The translations under genes were made by a program, and so were the position numbers. The notes beneath the pieces were generated by a model that was not told the origin of the DNA, ran no database searches, and saw only the letters and a program-made list of their open reading frames with translations. Of a stretch of DNA of 64,000 nucleotides, positions 1-11,899 are shown one piece after another. This stretch comes from Acanthaster planci (taxonomy: Eukaryota), in contig NW_019091358.1 in assembly GCF_001949145.1 (NCBI RefSeq), positions 2,660,535-2,724,534 on the forward strand, given 5' to 3'. Position 1 is the first letter of the stretch, and the number at the start of each line of letters is the position of its first letter.

Positions 1-550
1 TGGAGAAAAGTGGACAGCGTGGTGTGAGCGGGTACAAGGGCTCTGGTGAATTATAGGCATGTGCCCAATTTATGGAGTATTCAGAATATTTGCTTAGCAG
101 TTTTCAGATTTCACATTCCAAAACTGTGGTTGGTCTCAACTCCTCCGGAAATGAGAAAGAGATTCATGACTTCTTCCGTTGTACAAGTGGCATGATACTT
201 CATGTATGTGTTACACGTCGGTGACTCACTGTTTGTCATCAGATACATGTTCACCTAGTTTTGCGCTAAAGGTTAGCCGGAATTTACTGCACTTGAAGTT
301 AGAATTGAAAGCCCTTGTTATCCCACCACAAATGTATCGTCTTTCAAATTCATTGGGTATTTGAATACTGTATCAAATTCAGAGTCAAATATTCTTGTAT
401 GTGAATCTTTAAACCTGTACAGTACTACAGTGTGTGAGATGCATCATGCATATGCACTGCTACAGGCAAGAGATTGCACTCTGACCTACGTCTGAGCTGT
501 GGTGGTCTCGATTACAAGACTTCTCAAACATGACTGAAGATTGTACTCAC

Positions 551-624
551 CAGATACACTAACACACACATGTGCTCCTTCGGTAACCAGTGAAACAAGT
601 CTGCTGGATTACTTGAGATGGGTT
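551..624 (-). CDS. MAU2: MAU2 coding exon 8 (gene continues beyond the left edge)
   Basis: (E)PISSNPADLFHWLPKEHMCVLVYL, the highly conserved MAU2 motif; ttgcag / GTGAGT; next exon not found in 1-550. Confidence 0.95.
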
Positions 625-1516
625 CTGCAATGAGACAAAAATGAGACACATGGCAAAAACTGAAATTTTCCACGGGCCAATGTGGTGCCAACCAACCCAC
701 ACACCGAGTCCGAGTAGAGCTAGAGCCAGCTTCAGATTTTGGAGACAACATGGCTGTTCATTATATGTACTGCACAGTGTGCGGCTACTGTCTACCAACT
801 GCCCACATGCACCGGCGCATACACCTGCCACTTTGTTTCCAACAATAGTGACCCTCATGCCACAACTCTCTCTACACCCGGGCTCTGATTCCGAGTAAAG
901 CCTCAATCTGGCCGCTTCTGAAGCAACTGGCTGCGGCTGGGCGTAGCACACATCTCTATGGGAAGCAGCTTCAGCCGTCAGCTAGTGGCTTCCATCGAGG
1001 CACGCTGTCTCCACTCACAGCGGTAACTTTTGTACATTGCCTATTTCTTGCTCAATAACAGGGTCTGGTAATAAGCCAATGTGTCCTTTGATAAGATGCC
1101 GACACGTTGATGTGTCTACACGAGCGTGAACTGGTACTGCATGCAGCACGTACATGCCTCTGAGAGTCAGGATACAAGGCAGGAAGCATTGTTAAGATAA
1201 GAAGTAATGATACACTCCGGCAGATTTGAGGGCACCAGCTGCGCCCACGTAGACATGTTCAAGAGGGCTCCTGACATACGTGTCTTCAGCCAGCAGTGAC
1301 ACCAACGCTACCAGCACCGGGCTATAAACACATCGAATCCAATTCCCAGTGTTATAGATTTATGTAAAAAGGGGGCTTGTAAATTTTAAACAAACAATAA
1401 GTGCCTGTCCATATGTGTTTCTGTCTGCCCTCTGGACGGGTGGACGGGTGGCTATATGAGACACCCCCTTCGCACCTCAAACTGAGACAATAACCCACCA
1501 ATTTCAAAGGGCTCAC

Positions 1517-1592
1517 CGTCATCTGAATGCAGCATGGTTATCGTCTGTATGGACTGCTGGAGGTTCTTCAGTGCCGTCTTCACACTTTTTAC
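1517..1592 (-). CDS. MAU2: MAU2 coding exon 7
   Basis: VKSVKTALKNLQQSIQTITMLHSDD + G (76 nt); ttccag / GTGAGC; phase 1 matches exon 8. Confidence 0.93.
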
Positions 1593-1843
1593 CTGGAACG
1601 GAGGAATAAAAAGCGTTACTGACAGCAAAACGACAGAAATGAACTGATCTCTACAGCTCATGAAGGGCGAACAACCTCACTTGGATTTGAATCTCGTCAG
1701 CTGGAGCTCTTCAACTTTCCGTACATTTCCCATTTAAATCTGCTGTCACACCAAGAACTGGCATACATGTAACTTTGTGGTGCGACTGAAGAAGAGCTTT
1801 GCTGTAAAAAAAAAAAAATTGCGAGACAGAGAGAGGGACTTAC

Positions 1844-1999
1844 CTGGCCAGCCATGAGGTAATGGCAGACTTGTAAGACTAGGAAATAAACCTTGAGGGA
1901 CTCCTTGTTGGTGGCACTGCCGGTGTAGTTGTCAATGATGGACCCGCACATCGACAGCACAGGGTGCACCTCCGCATATTTCTTGTCTATCAACATCAG
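1844..1999 (-). CDS. MAU2: MAU2 coding exon 6
   Basis: LMLIDKKYAEVHPVLSMCGSIIDNYTGSATNKESLKVYFLVLQVCHYLMAGQ (156 nt); ttgtag / GTAAGT. Confidence 0.94.
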
Positions 2000-3039
2000 C
2001 TACAATCCAACATACAAGAGTGTATGGCTTTACTGATTGTCTCCTTCGGATATATTTTTTTTGGGGGGGAGGGGTCAAGTTGATACTATCCATCCCCGGC
2101 AGCCGGGCGAAGCTACGAGTGCTGACCCTGCTTTTACACAATTAATAGGCAAGGTGAAATGATACGCACTGAAACCTTTTAAAATGCGTTCCTCTGGTTT
2201 ACTGCTGACGAAATACTCCACTTTACAACACTTTGCAGACCTTAAATACGTACGCCCTCACTTCCAGCCCCATTGTATTTTCCTACAAAACATCCTGACG
2301 AAAGAAAACCCACTTCTGTTACTGGAGAAGTCTGCCACATGCAACGCAAGGCAAAACACGCAGCAAGATAAACACTAGCCTTGGCATTATCCATATTACC
2401 CCCTAGGCTCTTGCAGTAAGGAGCATGCTGAACCCAACAAACTCCAACAGATACATGTACTTGTCTATGCACTTGTACATGCAGGTCACTGTACCAAACC
2501 TGATAAACTCCATCAAAGTGCTCCGTTGGAGTTTGAGTGATATGGTTCGGATGGGTCTATGCAGTATAGGATGACTTGCACTAATATACCAAACCTGATC
2601 AAGTATGGTCCAACACTTGGTACAGCAAGCCACACACTGCACACAGTGACCCCTTCACGTCCCAACTCATACAAAATCCAACACGAACACCCCGGGTCTT
2701 TGATACCAAGTCCAACACAATTCAACATGAAGTAAATTGGGTATGGTTACAAACTTGCCAAAACCTGGCAAAACCTGCTGTTGGAGTTTGATGGATACTG
2801 GGCAGTTAGGGTTCCATGCATGCAGTTCCCTGCTCTACACGGGGGAGGGAAGTCCTGTGCTAGCCAGGTGATATATATAGTCTTGTGACATCTTAAGGGA
2901 TCTTAACTACGACACCACTTTTGGCTCGATGCTTTTGGGCAAGTCAGTGATGCCGACCCCTAAAATGATGAAAAACTTTTCACAGATATTGGACAGTACT
3001 GAATTATTGTAGTTTTTCCCGAGTTAATGACCAACTCAC

Positions 3040-3162
3040 CATTCCTTTACTGAGAAGAAAAAGCGCCCTCGTGTACTCGGAGCTGGCGACCACCGCATAG
3101 TCTGCCCCGACGCCGAGAAGCTCGCACGCCGAGATGAAATCCTTCTCGTGCGTGTGGATTTG
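3040..3162 (-). CDS. MAU2: MAU2 coding exon 5
   Basis: QIHTHEKDFISACELLGVGADYAVVASSEYTRALFLLSKGM (123 nt); gtgcag / GTGAGT. Confidence 0.94.
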
Positions 3163-3943
3163 CTGCACCCGTCAAAGAGAACGCATGGAAGAATGAAAGA
3201 AACGCGAGTCCGTAAATATACAACTTTACATAGTGAAAACTTTCTTATTTTTTCAAAGTACGGAACTGAAGGCACAATTTGTTGCTGCCATGAAAGAACA
3301 AGATAACTGCACTATGAGGTGAGGTTGGGGAATAGAGAGAGATCCACCTGAGAGGCAGGTGGAACGTATAATAATGACACTTAAGCACCATGATCTTCTT
3401 TGGGAATCTGAAAGAGAGAGGATGAATGAGTCCTCTCGCAAATAGCGACACGTATGATTGTGTAAATCTTGCACTTGGTACAGAAAAGTACGCAAAGCAC
3501 TCTTGGTAGGCAAAGAACGGAAAAGCAGCTACATGTAAGCCCGCATGACTAAACCTCTACAAAAACAAAATAAAATAGAATTCGGCAACGAAAAATCCTG
3601 AAATATGGCAAAATGACACCCTGGAGAACTAGTGAATATACTGTATCCTGTATGCCAGAAGGATGAAGAGGCTGCATGTCATTTTGTATCGCCGCTGCAC
3701 TTGTCAAATTTTTTTTTCTTCACAAGTGTAATCAGGGTAAGTAATTCCATTATAATGGGAGCCTTATCGACGTTGTGCACATGATGATTATAACTGGATG
3801 CAGGCAATGTGCACTTTTCGTATGTGCAACTGCCAGGGGAAAAGGGACATGATTTGCACCCAGCCATAAAGGGGGAGCAACATGGGAATTATGCCACACC
3901 GCCGTTGCGGTCACCACTGATCAAAGAGGATGTGATGGCTTAC

Positions 3944-4039
3944 CGCTAACTGGAACAGGAGAAGGCAATGCCAGTACGCCGACTGCTGCGAAATACCGAT
4001 GGCTTTGCGTAGAATTTGTTTGGCGAGATGTAATTGGTT
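3944..4039 (-). CDS. MAU2: MAU2 coding exon 4
   Basis: NQLHLAKQILRKAIGISQQSAYWHCLLLFQLA (96 nt); caacag / GTAAGC boundaries. Confidence 0.93.
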
Positions 4040-5258
4040 CTGTTGAGTAAACCAGGGGGAAAAAATAAACCACATTCATTGATTGTCAATACAACAATGT
4101 TACCATTCTCAGGTTTGCTGCTTTGCTTAATTAATGAGACAAAATGAAACCAGCATGCCCCAACAAGAAAATGCATCTAGATTTAACAGACAGGCTTTAT
4201 TTAGGCCAAACAGAGCACTTTTTATGTTTGAACAAGCCCAACTTCTGGATTCGTTCCCCAGGAGAAGCAGATCCGAAAACCAGTTTTTTTTTCTTCAGAT
4301 TTTCAGGACAAGTGATACACGTAACTCTTAACAAAGAAGCCTTTAGTAAGCTCTGTGTCAGCTACCATGCAAAATAACTGGCTTTAGTGTATTGATGAGG
4401 GTTTCCAGGATGATTGTTTACTGTTACCGTGACCTTCCAGAGTGTCAGCACATTATGACCATGCCTGGATTTAACTTTGAGTTTACAATATGTAATGGAA
4501 ATTGATGCTAAATAAAAACTGAAGTCTTTAACAATAAATCTGCCCTTTTGCTTCAACGACCACATCCAGAAGTCAAAGCAAACGAATCACTGTCTTTGAC
4601 ATTCACGTATTAGAAATACTCCCAAAGATTAACATCACAGGTACCAAGAAACTACAGTGTTTAAAGGGACAACTTTTTGTTGTCAGATCCCAAACCTAGC
4701 CCCAAATTCTGTGCCCAATTGAGTCTGGTGATCCAAGTCATGGTCATGCCCAATTACATTGTAAGTCTGGTGACCCAAGTAAGGTTGTGTCCAAATCACT
4801 TGGCTATGACAGGAACAACACACTCCAATGGAAGTTCAAGTCACCAGAGAGCGAGTTCATGCTCTTCCCATAGATGCACATGCTGTTTCTGATCGTATTC
4901 AAGTGATCTGGATTGGCCAGAGTGGGAATCTGAATTTGGAGCTAATTGGGCATCCATTTGTATTTGGCTGCTAAACGGAAACAACATCGCACCCAGGTCA
5001 TTGACACAATGATTTCACATCAAGAAAAGGGGAAAACAACGTAGCTTTTCACACTCTTTTTCAAGAAGCAATTATCCAACACAATTGGTTATTTTTGGGG
5101 GGAGGGGTTCTGAAGTGTACAGTGAAAAGGCAAATGATATTGTTCACCTTGAACTCAGTCTGCTCGAAACAACACAAACATTTCCTCAGAGAAGAATGTA
5201 ATTTCATCTGCAATGGGTATTTGCCATTGGTGTGCAGGAAAAAAAAAATTATTCTTAC

Positions 5259-5324
5259 TTGTTTTTCATGTATCCTCGCTAACTGGCTTGCTGCTTCAAA
5301 TTTGACATCATCGAATGATGGAAT
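5259..5324 (-). CDS. MAU2: MAU2 coding exon 3
   Basis: IPSFDDVKFEAASQLARIHEKQ (66 nt); acceptor ccgcag preceded by U12 branch site TTCCTTGAC; donor GTAAGA. Confidence 0.93.
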
Positions 5325-7636
5325 CTGCGGTGAATTCTCGTCAAGGAAATCGTGAGAGATCAAGATTTGAATGGATACCATCCATATCCACTCTGGAGTA
5401 AAAGCTTCCACTATATTTTCTTCTTACCAGATGCATTTCCATGACAGGACACACGTTAACAGCACCCACATGCTCGGCAACCAGTAACATGAGAGCAGGG
5501 GCTTTACAAGGCAACACGCATGCCGAACACGGCCATGAAATTTGTTCTGTTTGCTGGTGTTGGGTCCTACCCCACCCTTGGTAAGCGGTATAGAAAACTT
5601 ACCCAATGGGCATGAACACTGCACACAATGGTTGTGAAGCCTCCAAGTCCTTTGACTAAAACAAAACAGACATGCTTCCCGTTCACTGCCAGCAGAAAAA
5701 TGGTCCCTTGTCATCAGTGAAAAAGGTAATAACATGCCCGCGCTGATTTGCTGAAAGGCATGTCCAAGTTTCAATTGATTGCCAGTTCAATATATTGCAA
5801 TTTGTTAATTCAATTGTCGTGTGGGAGGAGGGAGGGAACAGTACACGGATGGCAAGTCAACATGAAAACGGACGATTCTACAAGATACATGTAGCTCAAA
5901 GAAAAATTCTGAAAAATTTTTTACTGAGGCTAGCATAGAAGGGCTGTTAGGAATCTGGATATTTCCTCCTGGGGTATGGACATCGAAAATTAAGAGCATG
6001 TCAAAAGGAGAGGGCGTAAAGTTTACAAGCTACGCTTTGAACCAAAAACATGTTTCATCGACAAATTACGCCAAGTTTTCACATTCTAAAAGGTCTGATT
6101 TCAGACAAAATGTCAGCCGGATCTCATGTCTGAACAAGGCCTGCTTATTATGGATCCCTTGTGTATTCGGGATTTCATTAGTGTCAATATAAGCGGGAGG
6201 CATGGTTGAATGAGATAAATGCACTGACTTGACATGCGCATTCATTAATAATACATGGAAATGAAAGCACTTCATCTGCAAAGCGACGGCAGTGAACGCT
6301 TTTCCGAGACGCAAGACGAGCCACATGGAATGTTCCTGCAGCATGGACAAGATGGCTTTCCCACAAATTGAAACATTTGAGCTGCAAATCACTTGATAAT
6401 GTATCTGCATATTATCACCACACATGAAAAGGCAACTTAGTCGCAAAGGCCTCCAAAACACACATCTTACAAGCATCTCACAACATCATCCGTTCTCAGA
6501 TTGAGAATCTACCGTTATTTCGCTTCTTGAAATTTTCTCCACAGCACCATCTTTGGAAAGCACAAATATTCAACGACAGACTTAAGCAATAGAGGGGCAG
6601 ACAGTGATAAACGTAATAATAGGAAGAGCAAAAGTCACGAATTTAAGGTTTTTAATTTCCTAAAATGGGAAAAAAAAATAAATGGATAAAGTAGTCTCTA
6701 ACCTTCCTGACAAGCCACTTACACAGAGGAGAATTTGACATCTGAAAGGTATGATCCCTGCATGTTGTTAGTTTACAAATGAATCTGCTAATCAGACAAC
6801 TTGGGATAATTTGGCAGTGCAGTCAAGCAAGGCAAAGACTTTAGAATACTCAATCATTATTTCTGTTCACTCCACGCTCAATGGTCGAATGGTAGATATC
6901 ATTGAAAGAGTTCCATATCCGGCGACCACTTATCGTCCTTAAATATGACTTAAAACTACATAGAGTGTAAAAATTTGACGAACAAACACTAATTCAGGAA
7001 GGACATATTTTCAAGTTTTCTTGAAAAATAATCGGTCTTTTTCTGTCAATGCCCATTAATTTTGTGCACAAGGTCTGAGGTGGTGGCAAATATGGAACTC
7101 TGTCCGATATTTTCACATTTGAAATTATTTCCTGGAAATGTTAACGGTTGGGGTCAACCTTGAATCAATCAGTTGTTAAAACTTTTGACAGATTTTGACA
7201 AAGTTTTCTAAATTCATCCGTCTTCAACTTTTACCATATTGAATGGGCAGACCTGACTAGCAGGTATTGTCAACACGGTCAAAGACCCAAGTTATATTTA
7301 AAACCATATAGGTTCTTGTGAAGAAAAAGACAGAAGAGCTGGGAATGGTGGAACATCTTGAAAAAGCTAATCTTGTGGGAAGAACTACAGTGCTTTTATT
7401 GTACAATACTTGGCCTTTTCAAGCGGACAAAACAGCTCATTTAGTATGAGCAGACATGAGTATATCACTGCTTGATCGGGTGCCTAGCTAGCTATCAACA
7501 ACATAATAGTACTGATTACATGGACACGCATGCGTGCTGACCCCTATCTGACATCATGCATTACACACATACATGTACACTATCCGTACTAGCGGCATAT
7601 ATGCACACACGCTCACTAATGAATGGAAAAGGATAC
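5325..7636 (-). other. MAU2: U12-type (minor spliceosome) GT-AG intron, MAU2 intron 2
   Basis: 5' site GTATCCTTT (7636-7628); branch site TTCCTTGAC (5348-5340) about 15 nt from the terminal AG; no polypyrimidine tract. Confidence 0.88.
6896..7110. mobile_element. Degenerate MITE-like element with terminal inverted repeats
   Basis: GAGTTCCATATccggcgACCAC near 6908-6929 is inverted to GTGGTggcaaATATGGAACTC near 7080-7100; no clear target-site duplication (TSD). Confidence 0.4.
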
Positions 7637-7654
7637 ACTCTGCGATATGGCCCA
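7637..7654 (-). CDS. MAU2: MAU2 coding exon 2 (18-nt microexon, WAISQS)
   Basis: ttgcag|TGGGCCATATCGCAGAGT|gtatcctttt; supplies the six residues (WLISQQ in vertebrates) between LEKA and IP.F.DVKFEAAS; phase 0/0; U12-type donor. Confidence 0.9.
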
Positions 7655-7818
7655 CTGCAATTTGGGGAGGAAATAAACGAGAAAAAGAACCATTAGTTAG
7701 CAGCCTTAACGAGACATTTCTAATAAGAAACCATCATTCTACTGTGTGCGCAAATATCACGGGTTTGAACAGCGTATTTAGGGGTTACAGGGGTAAACAA
7801 ATTTTAATTCCTACTCAC

Positions 7819-8055
7819 TGCTTTTTCCAAATGCGTCCGCGCCAGGTCGACGTTCTTCGTATGCGTGAACAATAAGCTGCCTAGCTGGACGTGCGTTCTC
7901 GCCTCGATCCTCGACGGCGGTTTGAAGTGAAAAATGGACTGTAAACAGTGGATACAGTGCTTGATTTTGGGCGGGCTGGCCGTCCTGAAACTCTCCGCCA
8001 TCCCTAGAAGAGCCAGGTACCACGAATCCGTGGGTATCGGCGGGGCAGACGCCAT
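7819..8055 (-). CDS. MAU2: MAU2 cohesin loader subunit (SCC4), coding exon 1
   Basis: ATG at 8055; [79 protein letters not shown] matches the MAU2 N-terminus ([23 protein letters not shown]); donor GCA|GTGAGT, phase 0. Confidence 0.96.
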
Positions 8056-8230
8056 TTTCGGGGTCGTAACTTGGGCCTTCCCGCTGGTGGATTTTTTTCT
8101 ACTCGGCTCGCGATTTACGATTTTTCTGTCTGATGAAGGACGCCAAAAACGACATAGCGCCCTCTCGTGAAATCTTGCGGTTGGGTATCAGGCCAGTGGT
8201 TTCGTATCATGCATGACGTGTCGCTGATGT
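8056..8230 (-). promoter_or_regulatory. MAU2 5'UTR / proximal promoter (CpG-rich)
   Basis: CpG-rich stretch directly upstream of the ATG; AAAATGGCG (YY1-like) over the start codon; GCGCCCTCTCGTG (CTCF-like) at 8157-8169. Confidence 0.45.
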
Positions 8231-9772
8231 CAGGGTTTTTTATTGTTTTAATTTCAGTTGGGTGTGGTCTATGTACTTACATTGGCGATCTTGTCGTTAA
8301 CACTTTTCAGATATCGAAATGTTGGCCAGTTCACTGCAAACCAAGGTGTTGTGTCATTAATTAAGAACCGGGTCAAAGTAAGTCAGAGAGTATCATGAGA
8401 AATAATAGAAAGAATTTTCGTCGACGTTGCCAATTGCAAGTAACAAGCAAAAAGAGTTGGAACTTATCGCAGGAAATGTTATAGATCACAGAGGCTGAGT
8501 AAATCATCAGTTCATCAATCTATGGAGGGCAAACGTGATCTCCCCCCCCCCTTTTTTTTTCATCTCCACCCCCAATATAGCTGCCATGCAGGCACACTAA
8601 GTCAGTGTTATGTTGTACTGCATGAGTCGAGGCTACTCGAAGGTTAATCATGTCAACAATATTCAACATACCTTTACTGTCCTAAAACATCCCGGAATTT
8701 ATTTATTTACTCTAAAATCTATGTTTACTGTCCCTATTTCACATGAAAATTTTGCATGCCGCCACGCTGCAACCCGACTCCCACGGTTACGCTGTTGCTT
8801 CTGTCATGATACTTAGGGGAATGTTTTCCATCGCATTTTTTTTTTTTTTTTTTTTTTTGGTTACAATTTAGTAGGACTCTCCTTACCGTTCGACTGAAAA
8901 TCGCCCAAATTTCTAAAGCCATACTAAAGGATATATTTTTCACGGTTGATGCGGCTGGTGGCTGCAGGGTAAGTTGGAATGGAACTGTTCCTAAATCCGA
9001 CCCACCTACGGATTGTTTATTATTATGTTCACGTCCCAAATATCATTCTCAGAATATTTCTGTTAAAACTTGTGACATGCGAAAGTGATCTTAAACTAGA
9101 AAAGAGGATATGGTCAATGAAATGGTCAATTTAGGTGTGATGTTTCTTGATTTATTTCAAGTGGAATAAGAAAGACTTGCAAAAGGTTATTATGACTTCT
9201 GGTTATGTTTTTCAACATGTAGTAAAACACCCACGAAGCTCGGATTATCAGAATCGAAGGATGAAAAATTCAAAGGACACAGAAAACATCCACGAAACAG
9301 AATCTAGACGCAAATTCATTTTTTTATCAACGAAATTGAATTTTATTCTCCTAAGGGCGTACCCCAAAACCAAAGTTTTTCGGGGTGGAATTCCTTTGGG
9401 GCAGAACATTTGAAGATTTCGTTATGTAACCTTTTATGGCATCATCTGACCTATGTGGTCAGTTTTGGTGTGTTTTTAAATGCTTTTTTAATAAACAAAA
9501 TTCCCCAAAGTTGGTGGGGGCGGGTCCCCCCGCACCCCGGCTCCTCCTTTGTCTTCGTTACTTGACTGCGGCATGAAACTAAACACGAGTCTACGACAGT
9601 AGCCGCAGCCACAACCTTTGAGTAATGAGTAGGTGGTATTTTTGCACTACCGTCTCTTTTCACTCACCATGAATGAATGCCTCTGAAATACTGACCACTA
9701 ACTTAATCAAAACACTAACATGCACAAAAACAACTAGACAGCCAAAAGTCTCAAAGGAGGTGGCGGGAAGAT

Positions 9773-10113
9773 GACTAAATTGTTGTTAACAGTATAGCGA
9801 AAGAAAATGTAAACCTTTGACCGGGCATTGTGTCCAGGTTGAACTAGATTTTTGCGAATAGTACAGCAAAAGAACGTAAACCTTTGACTGGACATTGTGT
9901 CCAGGCAGAACTAGATTTTTGTGAATAGTATAACAAAAGAAAGTAAACCCTGGACTGGACATTGTGTCCAGCAGGCATAACTAAATTGTTGTTAACAGTA
10001 TAGCGAAAGAATGTAAACCTTTGACCGGGCATCGTGTCCAGGCAGAACTAGATTTTTGAGAATAGTATATAGCAAAAGAAAAGTAAACCTTGACTGGACA
10101 TTGTGTCCAGGCA
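9773..10113. repeat. Minisatellite, ~67-bp unit, ~5 copies
   Basis: Recurrent GTAAACCTTTGACYGGRCATTGTGTCCAGG core with two alternative left halves. Confidence 0.85.
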
Positions 10114-10956
10114 AAACATATATTTGAAAATTGTACAGTAAAATCAAAGTAAATATATGACTGACCTGACATACTGAGACAGCCTCAAGAATCGCATCGA
10201 TTGATACAAGCTCTTCAGAGCTTTTAAAGGGGAAACTTTCCGGTTAGAAGATATTAAGCATAAAAACGGGTAATTCGGCTGCGTCACAAATATTTTACTA
10301 ATTATTACAGAGTACTCATTATGGTTGTCGGTAGTTGCAAGGCAAAAGGTAAGTATTTGCTATGTAAAGACGAAATAAATGAGCACTTTTTTTCTCAGTA
10401 AAGTCATCTGTTTTGCCTCTTACGCAAAGCATAGCACAAAGCGGCTGACAGGCCGAGGCCAAGGCCATTTCAAAGTGAAACAACCCCCCAAAAAACTACA
10501 ATTAATCCACGACTTTACTCCCCTTTATAATAAATGGCAATCACCCACGCATGTATTTCAATCATTCCCGCGCTCTAAAATCGTGTAAGGTGCTTAAGGA
10601 AATTTTAAATTGTACAAATTCTCCCGTGCTTGTCATAACTACATTTATAAATGATGATTATAAAACCAAATAATGTGGTGTCTCATTCGTATCTTTAAGT
10701 TTATCTTACTAGAGTAAAACCCTGAACCATGCAGTAAAAGGCTAAACTTAAAGAAATTACAAATTAAAAAAAATTAAATCCTGGCTATATATCTCCTGTT
10801 GATGAGCACCCAGTTAGTGGACGGGAAACAAAACGCTTTGCAATATTTCCCGATAAACTCCGAAGCAAGGAATGTACATCTTAAGGGGAAAAAAGCCTCC
10901 ATAAAATACAATGCAGTATATTTCCTGTCTAGAAGACTGGGTACACCAGCGGACTT

Positions 10957-11050
10957 CCTTCGGTAGCTCAGTTGGAAGAGCGGTGGACTGTAGACGTGTC
11001 GTAGTAAGGCATTCATCCATAGGTCGCTGGTTCGAATCCGGCCCGAAGGA
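10957..11050 (+). tRNA. tRNA-Tyr(GTA), 21-nt intron (10994-11014)
   Basis: CCTTCGG/CCGAAGG-A acceptor stem, TAGCTCAGTTGG A-box, GTGGA-CTGTAG[intron]A-TCCAT anticodon arm, GGTTCGAATCC B-box, downstream T-run. Confidence 0.95.
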
Positions 11051-11144
11051 TAAGATAAGATTTTGTTTCTTTCTATTGATTGGCTTCTTTTTACAGTTCA
11101 CACTGTCAGAGTGCCCACTGTGAAGAGAATAGTACCATCTTTCA

Positions 11145-11212
11145 TAACCCTAACCCCGTGGGATGCATGTAAAATCATATTGAAATCAGAGGATTTGGGA
11201 CTGTTAGGGCTA
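11145..11212. mobile_element. ~65-bp miniature inverted-repeat element (TAACCCTAAC...GTTAGGGcTA)
   Basis: Closely similar to the TTAA-flanked copy at 52260-52330, sharing the interior ATGTAAAATCATATTGAAAT..GAGGATTT.GGACTGTTAGGG. Confidence 0.7.
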
Positions 11213-11899
11213 TTACACCAAACATGTATTGATAAGAAACATGTCAACTCACTCTCCTTTTGTTACTTGAAACAAATTTAAAGTGTCATATATTACATCT
11301 TATACGCAGTTTATTCACCTCGGTGTCCATTCATCCTTGTAAATTTGTTTTGTTTTCACTTTAACACGTTTTTTAGGAGTCGTGGTGAGAAAGTAGCGCT
11401 TTCATTTTCGGAAAAACATAATAATAAAATATTTTAATAAGACAGTAAAAGTAAATGTCAAATACTTTGTATTTATGAGAAACGAAAGGTTGTGCGATGG
11501 CCCCAGTAAAATTCATGTGATAGACTCTTTAAACAGCCGAACATTCATTATGTCACTATAAATGAGTTTTTTTTTTTTTTTTTTTTTTTGAGAGAAGACT
11601 CTTCTTGGCCTGGAGTTAATTAACAAACTAGGCATAATAACTGTTTAAAAGCGATAACGTGACGTTTGCCTGTAGTGTTGTGAAATGCTTTGCACGATTT
11701 GAGTGTCACTCAGGGACACCGTAAAATAGTATGGTAAAATCATTATAATAAGTTCCAGGTTGAGTGGGTGGAGTTAAGTTAGTCACGGATCCCAAAACGT
11801 TCGGCGCATGACCCTCAGCAGAGAGCAATATCGCAATTTCCGTGTGCATTGTGGAGGCGATACCCAGGGCTAGCGCTGTGTGATGCAAAGGCTATGAAT

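Noticed and set aside
2376..2870. Internal inverted words AAACTCCAACAG / CTGTTGGAGTTT in MAU2 intron 5
   Set aside because: Probably an old MITE, but ends and TSD could not be defined.
6723..6741. AG...GTAAGT-bounded 19-nt segment (and a 16-nt one near 5603-5618) as MAU2 exon 2
   Set aside because: Both shift the frame and do not encode the expected W-x-x-S-Q peptide; 7637-7654 fits exactly.
9773..10113. Regularly spaced repeats resembling a CRISPR array
   Set aside because: The intervening segments are themselves repeated, there are no cas genes, and the context is eukaryotic.
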